51,581 nt of DNA from Acidimicrobiales bacterium (GTDB taxonomy: Bacteria; Actinomycetota; Acidimicrobiia; Acidimicrobiales; SHLQ01). This document shows positions 18,118-26,975 of the stretch, piece after piece. The stretch is taken from the NCBI GenBank assembly GCA_004282895.1, contig SHLQ01000003.1, positions 1-51,581 of the forward strand, read 5' to 3'. A model generated the notes under the pieces. It was not told the origin of the DNA. It searched no databases and saw only the letters and a program-made list of their open reading frames with translations. Positions within the stretch are counted from its first letter, which is position 1; each line of letters begins with the position of its first letter. Position numbers and translations under genes: made by a program.

Positions 18118-18347
18118 TCAAACGACTGGTTTGGATGGGTACGGGATATGTGGCGGGCGCAGCGTCGAGCTGGTGGGTGCAACGCAAGGTGAAACAAACC
18201 GCGGAGCGTGTTCTGCCCGAAGCCGTGCGTAATGAGGTCGGCAGTCGTGTCGCCGCACTGGGACAGAAGGCCAAGGTCATCGATCTTCGCGATCTTCGCG
18301 ACGCGCCCATCGTCACACGCGCCAAGGAGCTGCAGCGGCAGCGGTAG
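18114..18347 (+). CDS. Small membrane-anchored protein of the kind found upstream of alaS in actinobacteria
   Basis: KRLVWMGTGYVAGAASSWWV amphipathic/TM N-terminus; GGAG SD; ATGA overlap with rarA. Confidence 0.7.
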   Translation: MIKRLVWMGTGYVAGAASSWWVQRKVKQTAERVLPEAVRNEVGSRVAALGQKAKVIDLRDLRDAPIVTRAKELQRQR

Positions 18348-18360
18348 ACTCACGGGTTCT

Positions 18361-20931
18361 ATGGAAGCCAAAGACGTCCGCCGCAAGTTCACCGAGTTCT
18401 TCACCGATCGCGGCCACGAGGCGGTGCCGTCCGCGAGCATCATTCCCCACGACGCCACCCTGCTTTTCACCAACTCCGGCATGGTGCCGTTCAAGCCGTT
18501 CTTCCAGGGCACCGAGAAGCCTCCGTACTCCCGCGCCACCACCGTCCAGAAGTGTGTTCGTGCGGGCGGCAAACACAACGATCTCGACGAGGTAGGCCGC
18601 ACGGCACGCCATCTCACGTTCTTCGAGATGATGGGCAACTTCAGCTTCGGTGACTACTTCAAAGAGGACGCGATCCCGTTCGCCTGGGACCTTCTCACCG
18701 ATACCTTCGGGCTGCCCGCCGACAAACTTTGGGTGACCTGTCATCTCACCGATGACGAAGCCGAAGAGATCTGGGCCACGAAGGTCGGTGTTCCCCGCGA
18801 ACGAATCCAACGCCTTGACGAGGACAACTGGTGGCGCATGGCCGACACCGGCCCCAACGGGCCATGCAGCGAAATCTTCTACGACCTCGGACCGGAGTAC
18901 GGCCCCGACGGCGGTCCGGCGAATCTCGAAGCCGACGCTCGGTTCGTCGAAATCTGGAATCTCGTCTTCATGCAGTTTGATCAGCACGCCGACGGTACTC
19001 AGGTCCCGTTGCCGAAGCCGTCGATCGACACCGGCGCCGGTCTGGAACGGGTGCTCATGGTGCTCCAAGGCGTTGGTTCCGTGTGGGAGACCGACGAGTT
19101 TGTGAAGCTGTTGGGCCGAGCCAGCGAGCTCACTGGTGTCGCGGATGGTGCAGACCCGAAGTCTGACGTGTCCTTGCGGATCCTCGCCGATCACGCTCGC
19201 TCGACCACGTTCATGATTAACGATGGGGTCTTCCCCTCAAATGAGGACCGGGGATACGTGCTGCGTCGCATCATGCGGCGTGCAATCCGCCACGCCTATC
19301 TGCTGGGTCGCAACGAACCGACTCTGGCCGAGCTCGTCCACACGGTTGTCGATCTGATGGGTGATGACTATCCCGAGATCCGTGACAACGTCGACAACAT
19401 TGCTCAGATCGTCGAACGCGAGGAAGTGCGCTTCCGCGAGACCATCGCCACCGGCCTTTCCATACTCGATTCGGAGATGGCTTCACTCGACGCCGGTGGC
19501 ACGCTGCCGGGCCGGGTCGCGTTCACACTGCACGACACCCACGGCTTCCCACTCGAACTCACCCAGGAAATCGTCGAAGAGCGTGGTGCCACGGTTGACG
19601 TTGACGGGTTCACCGCCGCCATGGCCGAACAACGCGAACGGGCTCGCGCCGATCAGAAGTCAAAGGCGGGCGAGGTCGACGTGTCGACTTTTGTGGCGCT
19701 TGCCGACGAACACGGGCCGACCGAATTTGTGGGACGCGACCAGCTGACCGACGTGCAGGCGACGGTCTTGTGGGTGGGCGATGAAGGAATTGTCCTCGAC
19801 CACACCCCGTTCTATGCGGAATCAGGCGGTCAGATCGGCGACATCGGCACGATCTCCGGGCCCCATGGTGTCGTCGACATCGTGGACACGACCCACGCGG
19901 TCCCGGGGGTCACGCTGCATCATGCAACCGGCGCAGCGACGGCGCTCGGCGTTGGCGACCACGTGACCGCCTCGATCGATGTGGACCGGCGCGCCGCTAT
20001 CCGCCGCAACCACACGGGTACGCACCTTCTTCACTCCGCTCTGCGACGGGTGCTGGGCGACCATGTGCAACAACAGGGCTCATGGGTTGGCCCGGACCGA
20101 CTCCGCTTCGACTTCAGCCATTTCGAGCAGGTCACCCCTGAACAGACACGCGAAATCGAGGACATGGTCAACGCTGACGTCCTGGGCAACTCGACCACCA
20201 GCCACATCGAGATGTCCATGGACGACGCCAAGGCCAAAGGTGCGATCGCCTTCTTTGGCGACAAGTACGGCGATCAGGTCCGTGTGCTCGAGGCCGGTCC
20301 CAACTCGATCGAACTCTGCGGCGGGACCCATGTGCAGGCCCTCGGCGACATCGGGCCGCTGAAGATCGTTTCCGAAAGCTCGATCGGGTCGAACATCCGA
20401 CGCGTCGAAGCGGTGACCGGAACGGCCACCATCGACATGCTTCGAGATGAGCAGGCGATCGTCGCTCAAGCCGCCGACGCGCTCGGCGTGCCCACCGACG
20501 ACGTGCTCGAGGGGTTGAATCGACGGTTGGATGATCTGGCCAACGCCCGCAAAGAACTCGATGCGATGAGACGAGCTGCCGCTGTCGGCAGGGCCGACGA
20601 GCTGGCTGCAGATGCGACCGACGGCGTGGTCGTGGCGCGAATCGATGATCTCGACCGCGACTCGCTGCGCGATCTGGCGGTAGCAATTCGAGACAAAGGT
20701 GTGGCGAGTGTGGCTCTTGGCGCGGCCCTCGAGGGGGGTGGTGTTGCCCTCGTTGCCGCCGTCGCCGAAGAGTCACCACTACACGCCGGCGACTGGATTG
20801 CCGATGCTGCCAAACTCGTCGGTGGTGGCGGGAAGAAAGCTCCAGATCTGTCCGTCGCAGGTGGTCGAGACCCGGAGCAACTTGAAGCTGCCCTCGACCT
20901 CATCCGAGCGGGCGCCGGAATCACCCAATGA
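18361..20931 (+). CDS. alaS: Alanine--tRNA ligase
   Basis: LLFTNSGM.PFK, H.TFFEMMGNFSFGDYFK, GPCSEI, FYAESGGQ.GD, NHTGTHLL, ELCGGTHV; start at ATG 18361. Confidence 0.98.
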   Translation: MEAKDVRRKFTEFFTDRGHEAVPSASIIPHDATLLFTNSGMVPFKPFFQGTEKPPYSRATTVQKCVRAGGKHNDLDEVGRTARHLTFFEMMGNFSFGDYFKEDAIPFAWDLLTDTFGLPADKLWVTCHLTDDEAEEIWATKVGVPRERIQRLDEDNWWRMADTGPNGPCSEIFYDLGPEYGPDGGPANLEADARFVEIWNLVFMQFDQHADGTQVPLPKPSIDTGAGLERVLMVLQGVGSVWETDEFVKLLGRASELTGVADGADPKSDVSLRILADHARSTTFMINDGVFPSNEDRGYVLRRIMRRAIRHAYLLGRNEPTLAELVHTVVDLMGDDYPEIRDNVDNIAQIVEREEVRFRETIATGLSILDSEMASLDAGGTLPGRVAFTLHDTHGFPLELTQEIVEERGATVDVDGFTAAMAEQRERARADQKSKAGEVDVSTFVALADEHGPTEFVGRDQLTDVQATVLWVGDEGIVLDHTPFYAESGGQIGDIGTISGPHGVVDIVDTTHAVPGVTLHHATGAATALGVGDHVTASIDVDRRAAIRRNHTGTHLLHSALRRVLGDHVQQQGSWVGPDRLRFDFSHFEQVTPEQTREIEDMVNADVLGNSTTSHIEMSMDDAKAKGAIAFFGDKYGDQVRVLEAGPNSIELCGGTHVQALGDIGPLKIVSESSIGSNIRRVEAVTGTATIDMLRDEQAIVAQAADALGVPTDDVLEGLNRRLDDLANARKELDAMRRAAAVGRADELAADATDGVVVARIDDLDRDSLRDLAVAIRDKGVASVALGAALEGGGVALVAAVAEESPLHAGDWIADAAKLVGGGGKKAPDLSVAGGRDPEQLEAALDLIRAGAGITQ

Positions 20932-21359
20932 CCGATCGACCCGGGCGTGCGCTTGGGATCGATTTTGGGAGCCGGCGGATCGGTATTGCCATCAGTGATG
21001 ATGAACAGCGCGTCGCCACGCCATTGCAGGTACTGGATGGGCGGGACATACAGACGGCGGTACGCCAGATCGCGGACCTGGTGGAGGAGTGGGAGGTGGT
21101 CATCCTCGTTGTCGGAATGCCGCTGCATCTCAAGGGAACCGCTGGCGCCGCGGCCGCTGCCGTGGAACGCCAGATTGCTGCCCTGGGTGCCACCCTCGAC
21201 ACCCCCATCTTCACCTACGATGAGCGATTGACCACCGTAACTGCCCATCGTTCACTGGACGAGCAACAGGTGTCGTCGAGAAACAGAAAAGACATGGTCG
21301 ATATGGTCGCCGCGGCGGTCATTCTTCAAGGCTGGATGGAACAAAAAACCAATGACTGA
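20928..21359 (+). CDS. ruvX: RuvX/YqgF family nuclease
   Basis: LGIDFGSRRIGIAISD, VVGMP, DERLTT, D.VAA..ILQ. Confidence 0.95.
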   Translation: MTDRPGRALGIDFGSRRIGIAISDDEQRVATPLQVLDGRDIQTAVRQIADLVEEWEVVILVVGMPLHLKGTAGAAAAAVERQIAALGATLDTPIFTYDERLTTVTAHRSLDEQQVSSRNRKDMVDMVAAAVILQGWMEQKTND

Positions 21360-22776
21360 CTCGGAAGAAGGGGACGACAAGCCAACCAGCGTTGATCGCC
21401 TCCTGAGTCGATTCGGACCAGTTCCCGCCGCCGATCCACAACGACGGCCCCCGGGGCCGACCCCACCAGCCGATGGGTTGTCACGACCGCAGCGTCAACC
21501 CGTGGCGCCCACCCCGGCACCGTTGTTCGAGGAACCTCACGACGATGTCTTCGGCACTCCGGCTGCGGTCGCCGTCGCAGCCCCGCCGGATTCGGTGTTC
21601 GAATCGATCTATGACGACGAGCCGGTGGAACCGCCCCTCGAGGTCATCGACCGTCGCGACTGGGTTCGAATGCCCCGCCGCACGGGACCGGTCTTCCGAT
21701 TCGTGGTCGTGGCGCTGATCGTCGGCTTCGTCGTCGCCACCGTCTTCAACCGGGTGACGAGCTGGTACGACGACCAACTCGATCCTCCGGGACCACCAAC
21801 GGCGTCGGTCGAATTCGCGATCCCTGCAGGGGCGACGGCCAACGACGTCACGCAACGCCTCTATTCCGAAGGCGTGATCGCCAACCCGACCCTCTTCCGC
21901 TATTGGTTGAGCAGCAACTTCGACGCGGAGTTTCAGGCGGGGGAGTATGCCTGCGTACAACAGGACATGTCGTTTGACGAGGTTGTGGCGTGCCTCGATG
22001 GCCAAGGACCGCTGCCACCGGAATTCTTCACCGTTACAGTTCCCGAGGGCCTGAGGCTGACTGAAATTCTCGTGCGTCTCCAACAGGAGAACGACAGCTA
22101 CGACCTCGCAAATCTCGAACGAGACCTCCGGTCGCCACTGCTCGACATCGAGCTCACCGGCATTCCGGAACGTCCGCTGCTGGAATCACCCGACAGCACC
22201 GGGTCAGGCCGCGAGGGTTTACTGTTCCCCGCCACCTACCAGATCAACGAACGAAACGCCGCGGACGAACTCGACATCCTTGCCCAGATGGCCCAAACCA
22301 TGGAGTCCAAGTTCAATGCGGCAAAGGCCGAGCTCGGAGAGGACGGCGTCATCACGGAGTTGGGTCTCACCGAGTACGAGGTTCTCATCGTTGCCTCGCT
22401 CATTGAGGAAGAAGCCATCACTCAGGCTGATCGACCGCTGATTTCACGAGTCATCTACAACCGGCTTCTACGGGACGAAGCACTCGGAATCGACGCCTCC
22501 ACGTGTTATGCCCTGTCGAAGTCCTGCGCCGATCTCACGGGCGAGGATCTCGCCAGCGCATCACCATGGAACACAAGAAACACCGCGAACCGAGGGCTGC
22601 CGCCCACGCCGATCGCGTCGCCCGGTGAAGCGGCGATTCGTGCGGCGTTGGCTCCGGAGCCCGGGGAATACCTGTTCTACGTTCGCACCGAAGAGGACGG
22701 TGGCCACACGTTCACCACGAACCTCGCCGACCACAACGCTGCCGTTCAGATCTGTCGCGATCGCGGTTACTGCTGA
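21352..22776 (+). CDS. mltG: Endolytic transglycosylase MltG
   Basis: Pro-rich N-terminus, TM, VPEG, EGLLFPATY, ASLIEEE, VIYNRL, GLPPTPIASPG. Confidence 0.95.
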   Translation: MTDSEEGDDKPTSVDRLLSRFGPVPAADPQRRPPGPTPPADGLSRPQRQPVAPTPAPLFEEPHDDVFGTPAAVAVAAPPDSVFESIYDDEPVEPPLEVIDRRDWVRMPRRTGPVFRFVVVALIVGFVVATVFNRVTSWYDDQLDPPGPPTASVEFAIPAGATANDVTQRLYSEGVIANPTLFRYWLSSNFDAEFQAGEYACVQQDMSFDEVVACLDGQGPLPPEFFTVTVPEGLRLTEILVRLQQENDSYDLANLERDLRSPLLDIELTGIPERPLLESPDSTGSGREGLLFPATYQINERNAADELDILAQMAQTMESKFNAAKAELGEDGVITELGLTEYEVLIVASLIEEEAITQADRPLISRVIYNRLLRDEALGIDASTCYALSKSCADLTGEDLASASPWNTRNTANRGLPPTPIASPGEAAIRAALAPEPGEYLFYVRTEEDGGHTFTTNLADHNAAVQICRDRGYC

Positions 22777-22778
22777 TC

Positions 22779-23606
22779 ATGTCGCCATCAGGAACGATGG
22801 TGGCGGGGGTTATTGGATGGCCGGTTGCCCACAGTCGGTCTCCGGCGATCCACGCTGCGGCGGCGCAGGCGACGGGGGTACCGCTGGTGTACGGCACGTT
22901 TCCGGTTCGCCCCGGGGAGACCGATGCGGCACTCGATGCGGTGAGGGCCCTGGGTATCAGGGGACTGTCGGTCACGATGCCCCACAAGGAAGCCGTTATC
23001 AGCGGCCTGGATTCGATGAGTGAGGCCGTTACTGCCTTGGACGCCGTCAACTGCGTGATCAACACCGATGGGCAGCTGCACGGCGAGAACACGGACGGGG
23101 CGGGTTTCCTTCATGGCCTCCGCGAAGTCACCGGGATCGACGTCGCAGGTCGGTCGATCGGTGTTCTCGGCGCGGGTGGTGCTGCTCGAGCGGTCATCCA
23201 CGCCTGTGCGCAGAACGGTGCATCCTCGGTGACGGTGGTGAACCGATCCGCAAAACGGGCGGAGTCCGCCACCCTGCTCGCACCCGGAATTGGTCACGTA
23301 GGCGACCACTCGTCGCTCGACGCCGTTGACATCGTGGTGAACGCCACCTCGGTCGGGATGGCGGAAACAGAAGCTGCAGGTGAGCTGGTGTTTCCCGTGG
23401 AGGGCCTCGCCGAACACGCAGTTGTCGTCGACATCGTGTATCACCCGAGCGAAACACCGCTGTTGGCTGCGGCCCGCGCCCGGGGTTTGCAAACCGTCGG
23501 AGGACTACCAATGCTCGTGGGGCAGGCGGCGATTCAGTTCCAACGATGGACAGGCCAGACGCCACTGTTTTCGCCGCTGCTTGAGGCGGCTCTCACACAA
23601 AAGTGA
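22779..23606 (+). CDS. aroE: Shikimate dehydrogenase
   Basis: G.PVAHSRSP, SVTMPHK, AVN, NTD, GAGGAA, NATS.GM. Confidence 0.96.
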   Translation: MSPSGTMVAGVIGWPVAHSRSPAIHAAAAQATGVPLVYGTFPVRPGETDAALDAVRALGIRGLSVTMPHKEAVISGLDSMSEAVTALDAVNCVINTDGQLHGENTDGAGFLHGLREVTGIDVAGRSIGVLGAGGAARAVIHACAQNGASSVTVVNRSAKRAESATLLAPGIGHVGDHSSLDAVDIVVNATSVGMAETEAAGELVFPVEGLAEHAVVVDIVYHPSETPLLAAARARGLQTVGGLPMLVGQAAIQFQRWTGQTPLFSPLLEAALTQK

Positions 23607-23614
23607 CGAAACGG

Positions 23615-23641
23615 TTTAATTCTTTCGCCCCATGCCGAAAG
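23615..23641 (+). promoter_or_regulatory. Possible sigma-28 (FliA/WhiG)-type promoter
   Basis: TTTA-N15-GCCGAAAG about 40 nt upstream of ATG 23681; GGGAG SD downstream. Confidence 0.45.
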
Positions 23642-23680
23642 AACCCCTAGAGCAAACTGAGCTACTGGGAGATTCCGCAC

Positions 23681-25201
23681 ATGTCGCTACAAGGCACACT
23701 CAAAACTCTGGGTATCGCCGAAGTCCTTGAGTTTCTGGCAACGCGATCGTCCACCGGCCGTCTCGACATCGAGGCACAAGCCGGAGGAGCGACGTACTGG
23801 ATGCTTCGCGGCGAGGTCGCAGAGGTCATCTACGACTTCGAACGCGAGTCCGGCACCGACGCTGCCGAAGCCACGTACTACGCACTCTCCGAGGTCGAGG
23901 GAACCTTCCTCTTCGACGAGGATGAAGCACCCGATTCGACCGTGGAGACCGAATCCGTCGCCGACGTTCTCGCCCGTACTGCCGTCACGGCAGAGGGCTG
24001 GTCCGACGTCGAGAAGGTTGTCCCGTCGCCGGATCATCAGCTCACGCGCAGTGATCATCTCGATGGATCGGTCACGATTGAGCCGGCATGGTGGAACGCC
24101 ATTCAGGCCATGGGCGACGGCTCCACCACTCGGAAGCTTTCCGAGGCGCTCGAACTTCGTTCACTCGACATGTCTCGTATGGTCGCGGATATGGCCCGCA
24201 ATGGCTTGATCCTCGTTGATGAGCCCCGCGTCGATGAGCCTGCAGCGGAGGAAGTTGTCCAAGAGCCCGTTGTTGAAGATGTGGTCGAGAACACGCCTGT
24301 CGCAGAAGCACCCATCGAAGAATCGGTAGCCGAGGTGCTGCCGATGAACGATGCTGTCGCCACGCCGGAAATGGCACCTGTCGAAGCAGCTCCCGTCGCC
24401 GAAGTTCCTGAGGGATTCGAACCCATCGTTATGGAACACGAAGCTCAGGTTCATGACGCGCCCGTGCACGCCGAACCCGAGGTCCACACCTCGCCCCTCG
24501 CAGCAACTGAGCCGTCTCCGTTCGATACCCCGGCCATGCAACCGGAACACGCCGCAGACGGTCAGGACTTTGAGGCCATGACCGCGGAGGTCGAACAATC
24601 GCCTGTCGACACGCTCGCATCGATCGCCGAGGCGCTTGCCGCCGAGGGTCCACGGACGCTGCCTGAAGAACAGGCAGCTGCCCCCGTCGCTCCCGCAGCG
24701 CCAGCCGCTTCCCCGTTCGACGCGCCGGTAGCCAATCCATTCGAAACCGAGGCCGCACCAGCCGCTCCCAGTCCGTGGGACAACGCACCACCCGTCGGTG
24801 AACATGCAGCACCCGCGTCTCCGAACGCGTGGCCCGAGGCTCCGGCCAATGGCGCCGCCCCGGCGATCGCGTGGGAGTCACCGGCTGCCGACGACGGCAC
24901 GACCGGTTGGACCGATGACGACGACGATGATGGCTGGGCAACAGACCACTCGACGCTCGCAGTGCCCTCACCGGCGGCGGAAGCAGGCGCCCAGCATGCG
25001 CCGGCACCCGCTGACCCGTTTACTCAGGTGTCATCGCCCGCTGACGCGTTCGCGGACGCTGCTCCGGTCGATCAGATGCAGCCGTCTCAGGCTGAGCCTG
25101 ATCAGCCTGCGCCGCCGACCGCGGCTGCGCCCGCTGAGCCCGAGCCGGACTACGGTACGGACGATCGCTCGAGCGTGCTGAAGTTCCTCCGACGCGACTG
25201 A
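23681..25201 (+). CDS. DUF4388 (PatA-N-like) domain protein with long acidic Pro/Ala-rich disordered region
   Basis: MSLQGTLKTLGIAEVLEFLATRSSTGRL..W...GEV..EGTF.F N-terminus is DUF4388-like; about 300 aa of E/P/A/D-rich low complexity; C-terminal RSSVLKFLRRD. Confidence 0.8.
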   Translation: MSLQGTLKTLGIAEVLEFLATRSSTGRLDIEAQAGGATYWMLRGEVAEVIYDFERESGTDAAEATYYALSEVEGTFLFDEDEAPDSTVETESVADVLARTAVTAEGWSDVEKVVPSPDHQLTRSDHLDGSVTIEPAWWNAIQAMGDGSTTRKLSEALELRSLDMSRMVADMARNGLILVDEPRVDEPAAEEVVQEPVVEDVVENTPVAEAPIEESVAEVLPMNDAVATPEMAPVEAAPVAEVPEGFEPIVMEHEAQVHDAPVHAEPEVHTSPLAATEPSPFDTPAMQPEHAADGQDFEAMTAEVEQSPVDTLASIAEALAAEGPRTLPEEQAAAPVAPAAPAASPFDAPVANPFETEAAPAAPSPWDNAPPVGEHAAPASPNAWPEAPANGAAPAIAWESPAADDGTTGWTDDDDDDGWATDHSTLAVPSPAAEAGAQHAPAPADPFTQVSSPADAFADAAPVDQMQPSQAEPDQPAPPTAAAPAEPEPDYGTDDRSSVLKFLRRD

Positions 25202-25207
25202 TCGCAG

Positions 25208-25927
25208 GTGTTCGTACTCGCGATTGGCCTCCTCGGCCTGGTGGCTGGCTGGTTACTTTGTGACCTCGCGGCTGTTGACGGTCGTGCCGCTCATGTGAGT
25301 TCCGCAATCGCCGGCGCGATCTTCTTTGGCGTCGCCGGGTCACAGGTTGGCCCACAGCTGACACTTGTGCCGGTCCTGGTCATGGTGAGTGCGCTGTTGG
25401 CGCTAAGCGTGGCTGACATCGACCGGTTCCGACTCCCGGATCGCATCCTGTTTCCGTCGATCGCGGTGAACATCGCGATCATTGCTGGACTGGCGTTTGC
25501 CGGCGATCTGGGCGACTTCATCGTGCCCGCGATCGTCTGCGCGTTCGGTTACTTCCTCTTTCTGTTGATCCCAAACCTCGTTCGACCGGACGCGCTGGCC
25601 TTCGGTGACGTGAAACTCGCCTTCCTGCTCGGCCTGATGCTTGGCTGGTCACGGGCCTCGATTGCAGAGGGTTTGGTCCTCGTCGTGTATGCACTGATCC
25701 TGGGAATGCTGCTGGGCATTCTCAGCGGCATTGGCGTGGCTCTTGGGCGCCGTGCCTGGGGCCATGGGTTCCTCCCGGACCCGGACTTCCCGCCGCCAGA
25801 GGATGGATCCCACTTGCCGCTGCTGCAGACCCAGTTTCCGTTCGGCCCGGCACTGGCATTGGCCGCGGTCATCATCTTGTTCCTTGGCGAGTCGATCATC
25901 GATACGCCGGGAGTCTTTTCCGTCTGA
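25208..25927 (+). CDS. Prepilin peptidase (A24 family) without the N-terminal Zn/methylase domain
   Basis: Multi-TM; catalytic Asp motifs ADIDRFRLPD and AFGDVKL; C-terminal PFGP; no CxxC pairs. Confidence 0.9.
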   Translation: MFVLAIGLLGLVAGWLLCDLAAVDGRAAHVSSAIAGAIFFGVAGSQVGPQLTLVPVLVMVSALLALSVADIDRFRLPDRILFPSIAVNIAIIAGLAFAGDLGDFIVPAIVCAFGYFLFLLIPNLVRPDALAFGDVKLAFLLGLMLGWSRASIAEGLVLVVYALILGMLLGILSGIGVALGRRAWGHGFLPDPDFPPPEDGSHLPLLQTQFPFGPALALAAVIILFLGESIIDTPGVFSV

Positions 25928-25961
25928 CCATCTGGTTCACCGGTACCCGTAGACTCTCCGG

Positions 25962-26975
25962 GTGGAAGCGTTTACGACCGTCTCTGTCGACCTCGGCGAC
26001 CGCAGTTACCCGGTCGAGATCGGTGATGGTGTGCGGCACCGCCTCGCACTCCACATTCCGTCCGGTTGTCGGCGCGCGGCGATCGTCACCCAGGCGAACA
26101 TCGATGTCGAGGTCGACGCCGGATGTGAACAGGTGGTGTTCACGATCGGGGATGGAGAGTCGCACAAGGTGCTGGAAACGGTCGAGACGCTGTGTCGAGA
26201 CTTCGCGACCTGGGGCCTAACCCGCAACGACGTGGTCGTCGGTGTCGGGGGTGGCATCGTGACCGATGTGGCCGGATTCGCCGCCTCCGTCTACCACCGC
26301 GGCATACCGGTGATTCATGTGGCGACGTCGCTCCTCGGGCAGATCGATGCGGCAATCGGTGGAAAGACGGGCGTGAATCTTCCGGAGGGGAAGAACCTCG
26401 TTGGTTCGTATTGGCAACCATTGGCGGTGCTCTGCGACACCGAGACCCTCTCGACACTTCCTGCGCGGCACCTACAAGCTGGTCTGGGCGAGCTGGCCAA
26501 GTATCACTTCCTCGGGGGCGGGCGTCTGGACGAACTGTCCCTCGCCGATCGGGTGACGTCTTCGGTCACCATCAAGGCAACGGCGGTGGGTGCGGACGAA
26601 CGCGAGGGTGGTTCCCGGGCACTGTTGAACTACGGCCACACGCTCGCCCATGCACTCGAGATCGCAGGCGACCACGCGCTGCTGCACGGAGAAGCGGTTG
26701 CCATCGGATTGATCTATGCGGCCGAGGTCGCGCAGCTCATGGGCCGCATTGATGAGGATCGTGTGGCCGAACACCGACGCGTGGTGGGCGCCTACGACCT
26801 TCCGCTTCGTCCGCCCGCCGACATCTCCTTCGCCGACGTTGCGCCACTGTTTGCCCGGGACAAGAAGGCCGTCGACAGCACCACATTTATTCTCGATGGT
26901 CCCACTGGCCCCGAGGTCGTCACCGACGTTCCCATGGACATCTTGGCCTCGGCTTACGAGCGTTTGTGCCGATGA
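25962..26975 (+). CDS. aroB: 3-dehydroquinate synthase
   Basis: DGE..K, GGG.VTD.AGF, DAAIGGKTGVN, GKNLVG, LNYGHTLAHALE, HGEAV. Confidence 0.97.
   Translation: MEAFTTVSVDLGDRSYPVEIGDGVRHRLALHIPSGCRRAAIVTQANIDVEVDAGCEQVVFTIGDGESHKVLETVETLCRDFATWGLTRNDVVVGVGGGIVTDVAGFAASVYHRGIPVIHVATSLLGQIDAAIGGKTGVNLPEGKNLVGSYWQPLAVLCDTETLSTLPARHLQAGLGELAKYHFLGGGRLDELSLADRVTSSVTIKATAVGADEREGGSRALLNYGHTLAHALEIAGDHALLHGEAVAIGLIYAAEVAQLMGRIDEDRVAEHRRVVGAYDLPLRPPADISFADVAPLFARDKKAVDSTTFILDGPTGPEVVTDVPMDILASAYERLCR

Noticed and set aside
18281-18301. Tandem 9-bp duplication CGATCTTCG x2 (DLRDLR)
   Set aside because: Two in-frame copies only; ordinary slippage, not an array.
20928-21359. RuvX or RuvC as transposase or CRISPR-associated nucleases
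   Set aside because: Both are housekeeping RNase H-fold proteins in their canonical contexts, with no terminal repeats or arrays nearby.
25199-25216. CAGGTGTTCGT identical to the ruvC start region; possible second LexA box
   Set aside because: The left half-site is absent; the identity is explained by both genes starting GTG-TTC-GT.
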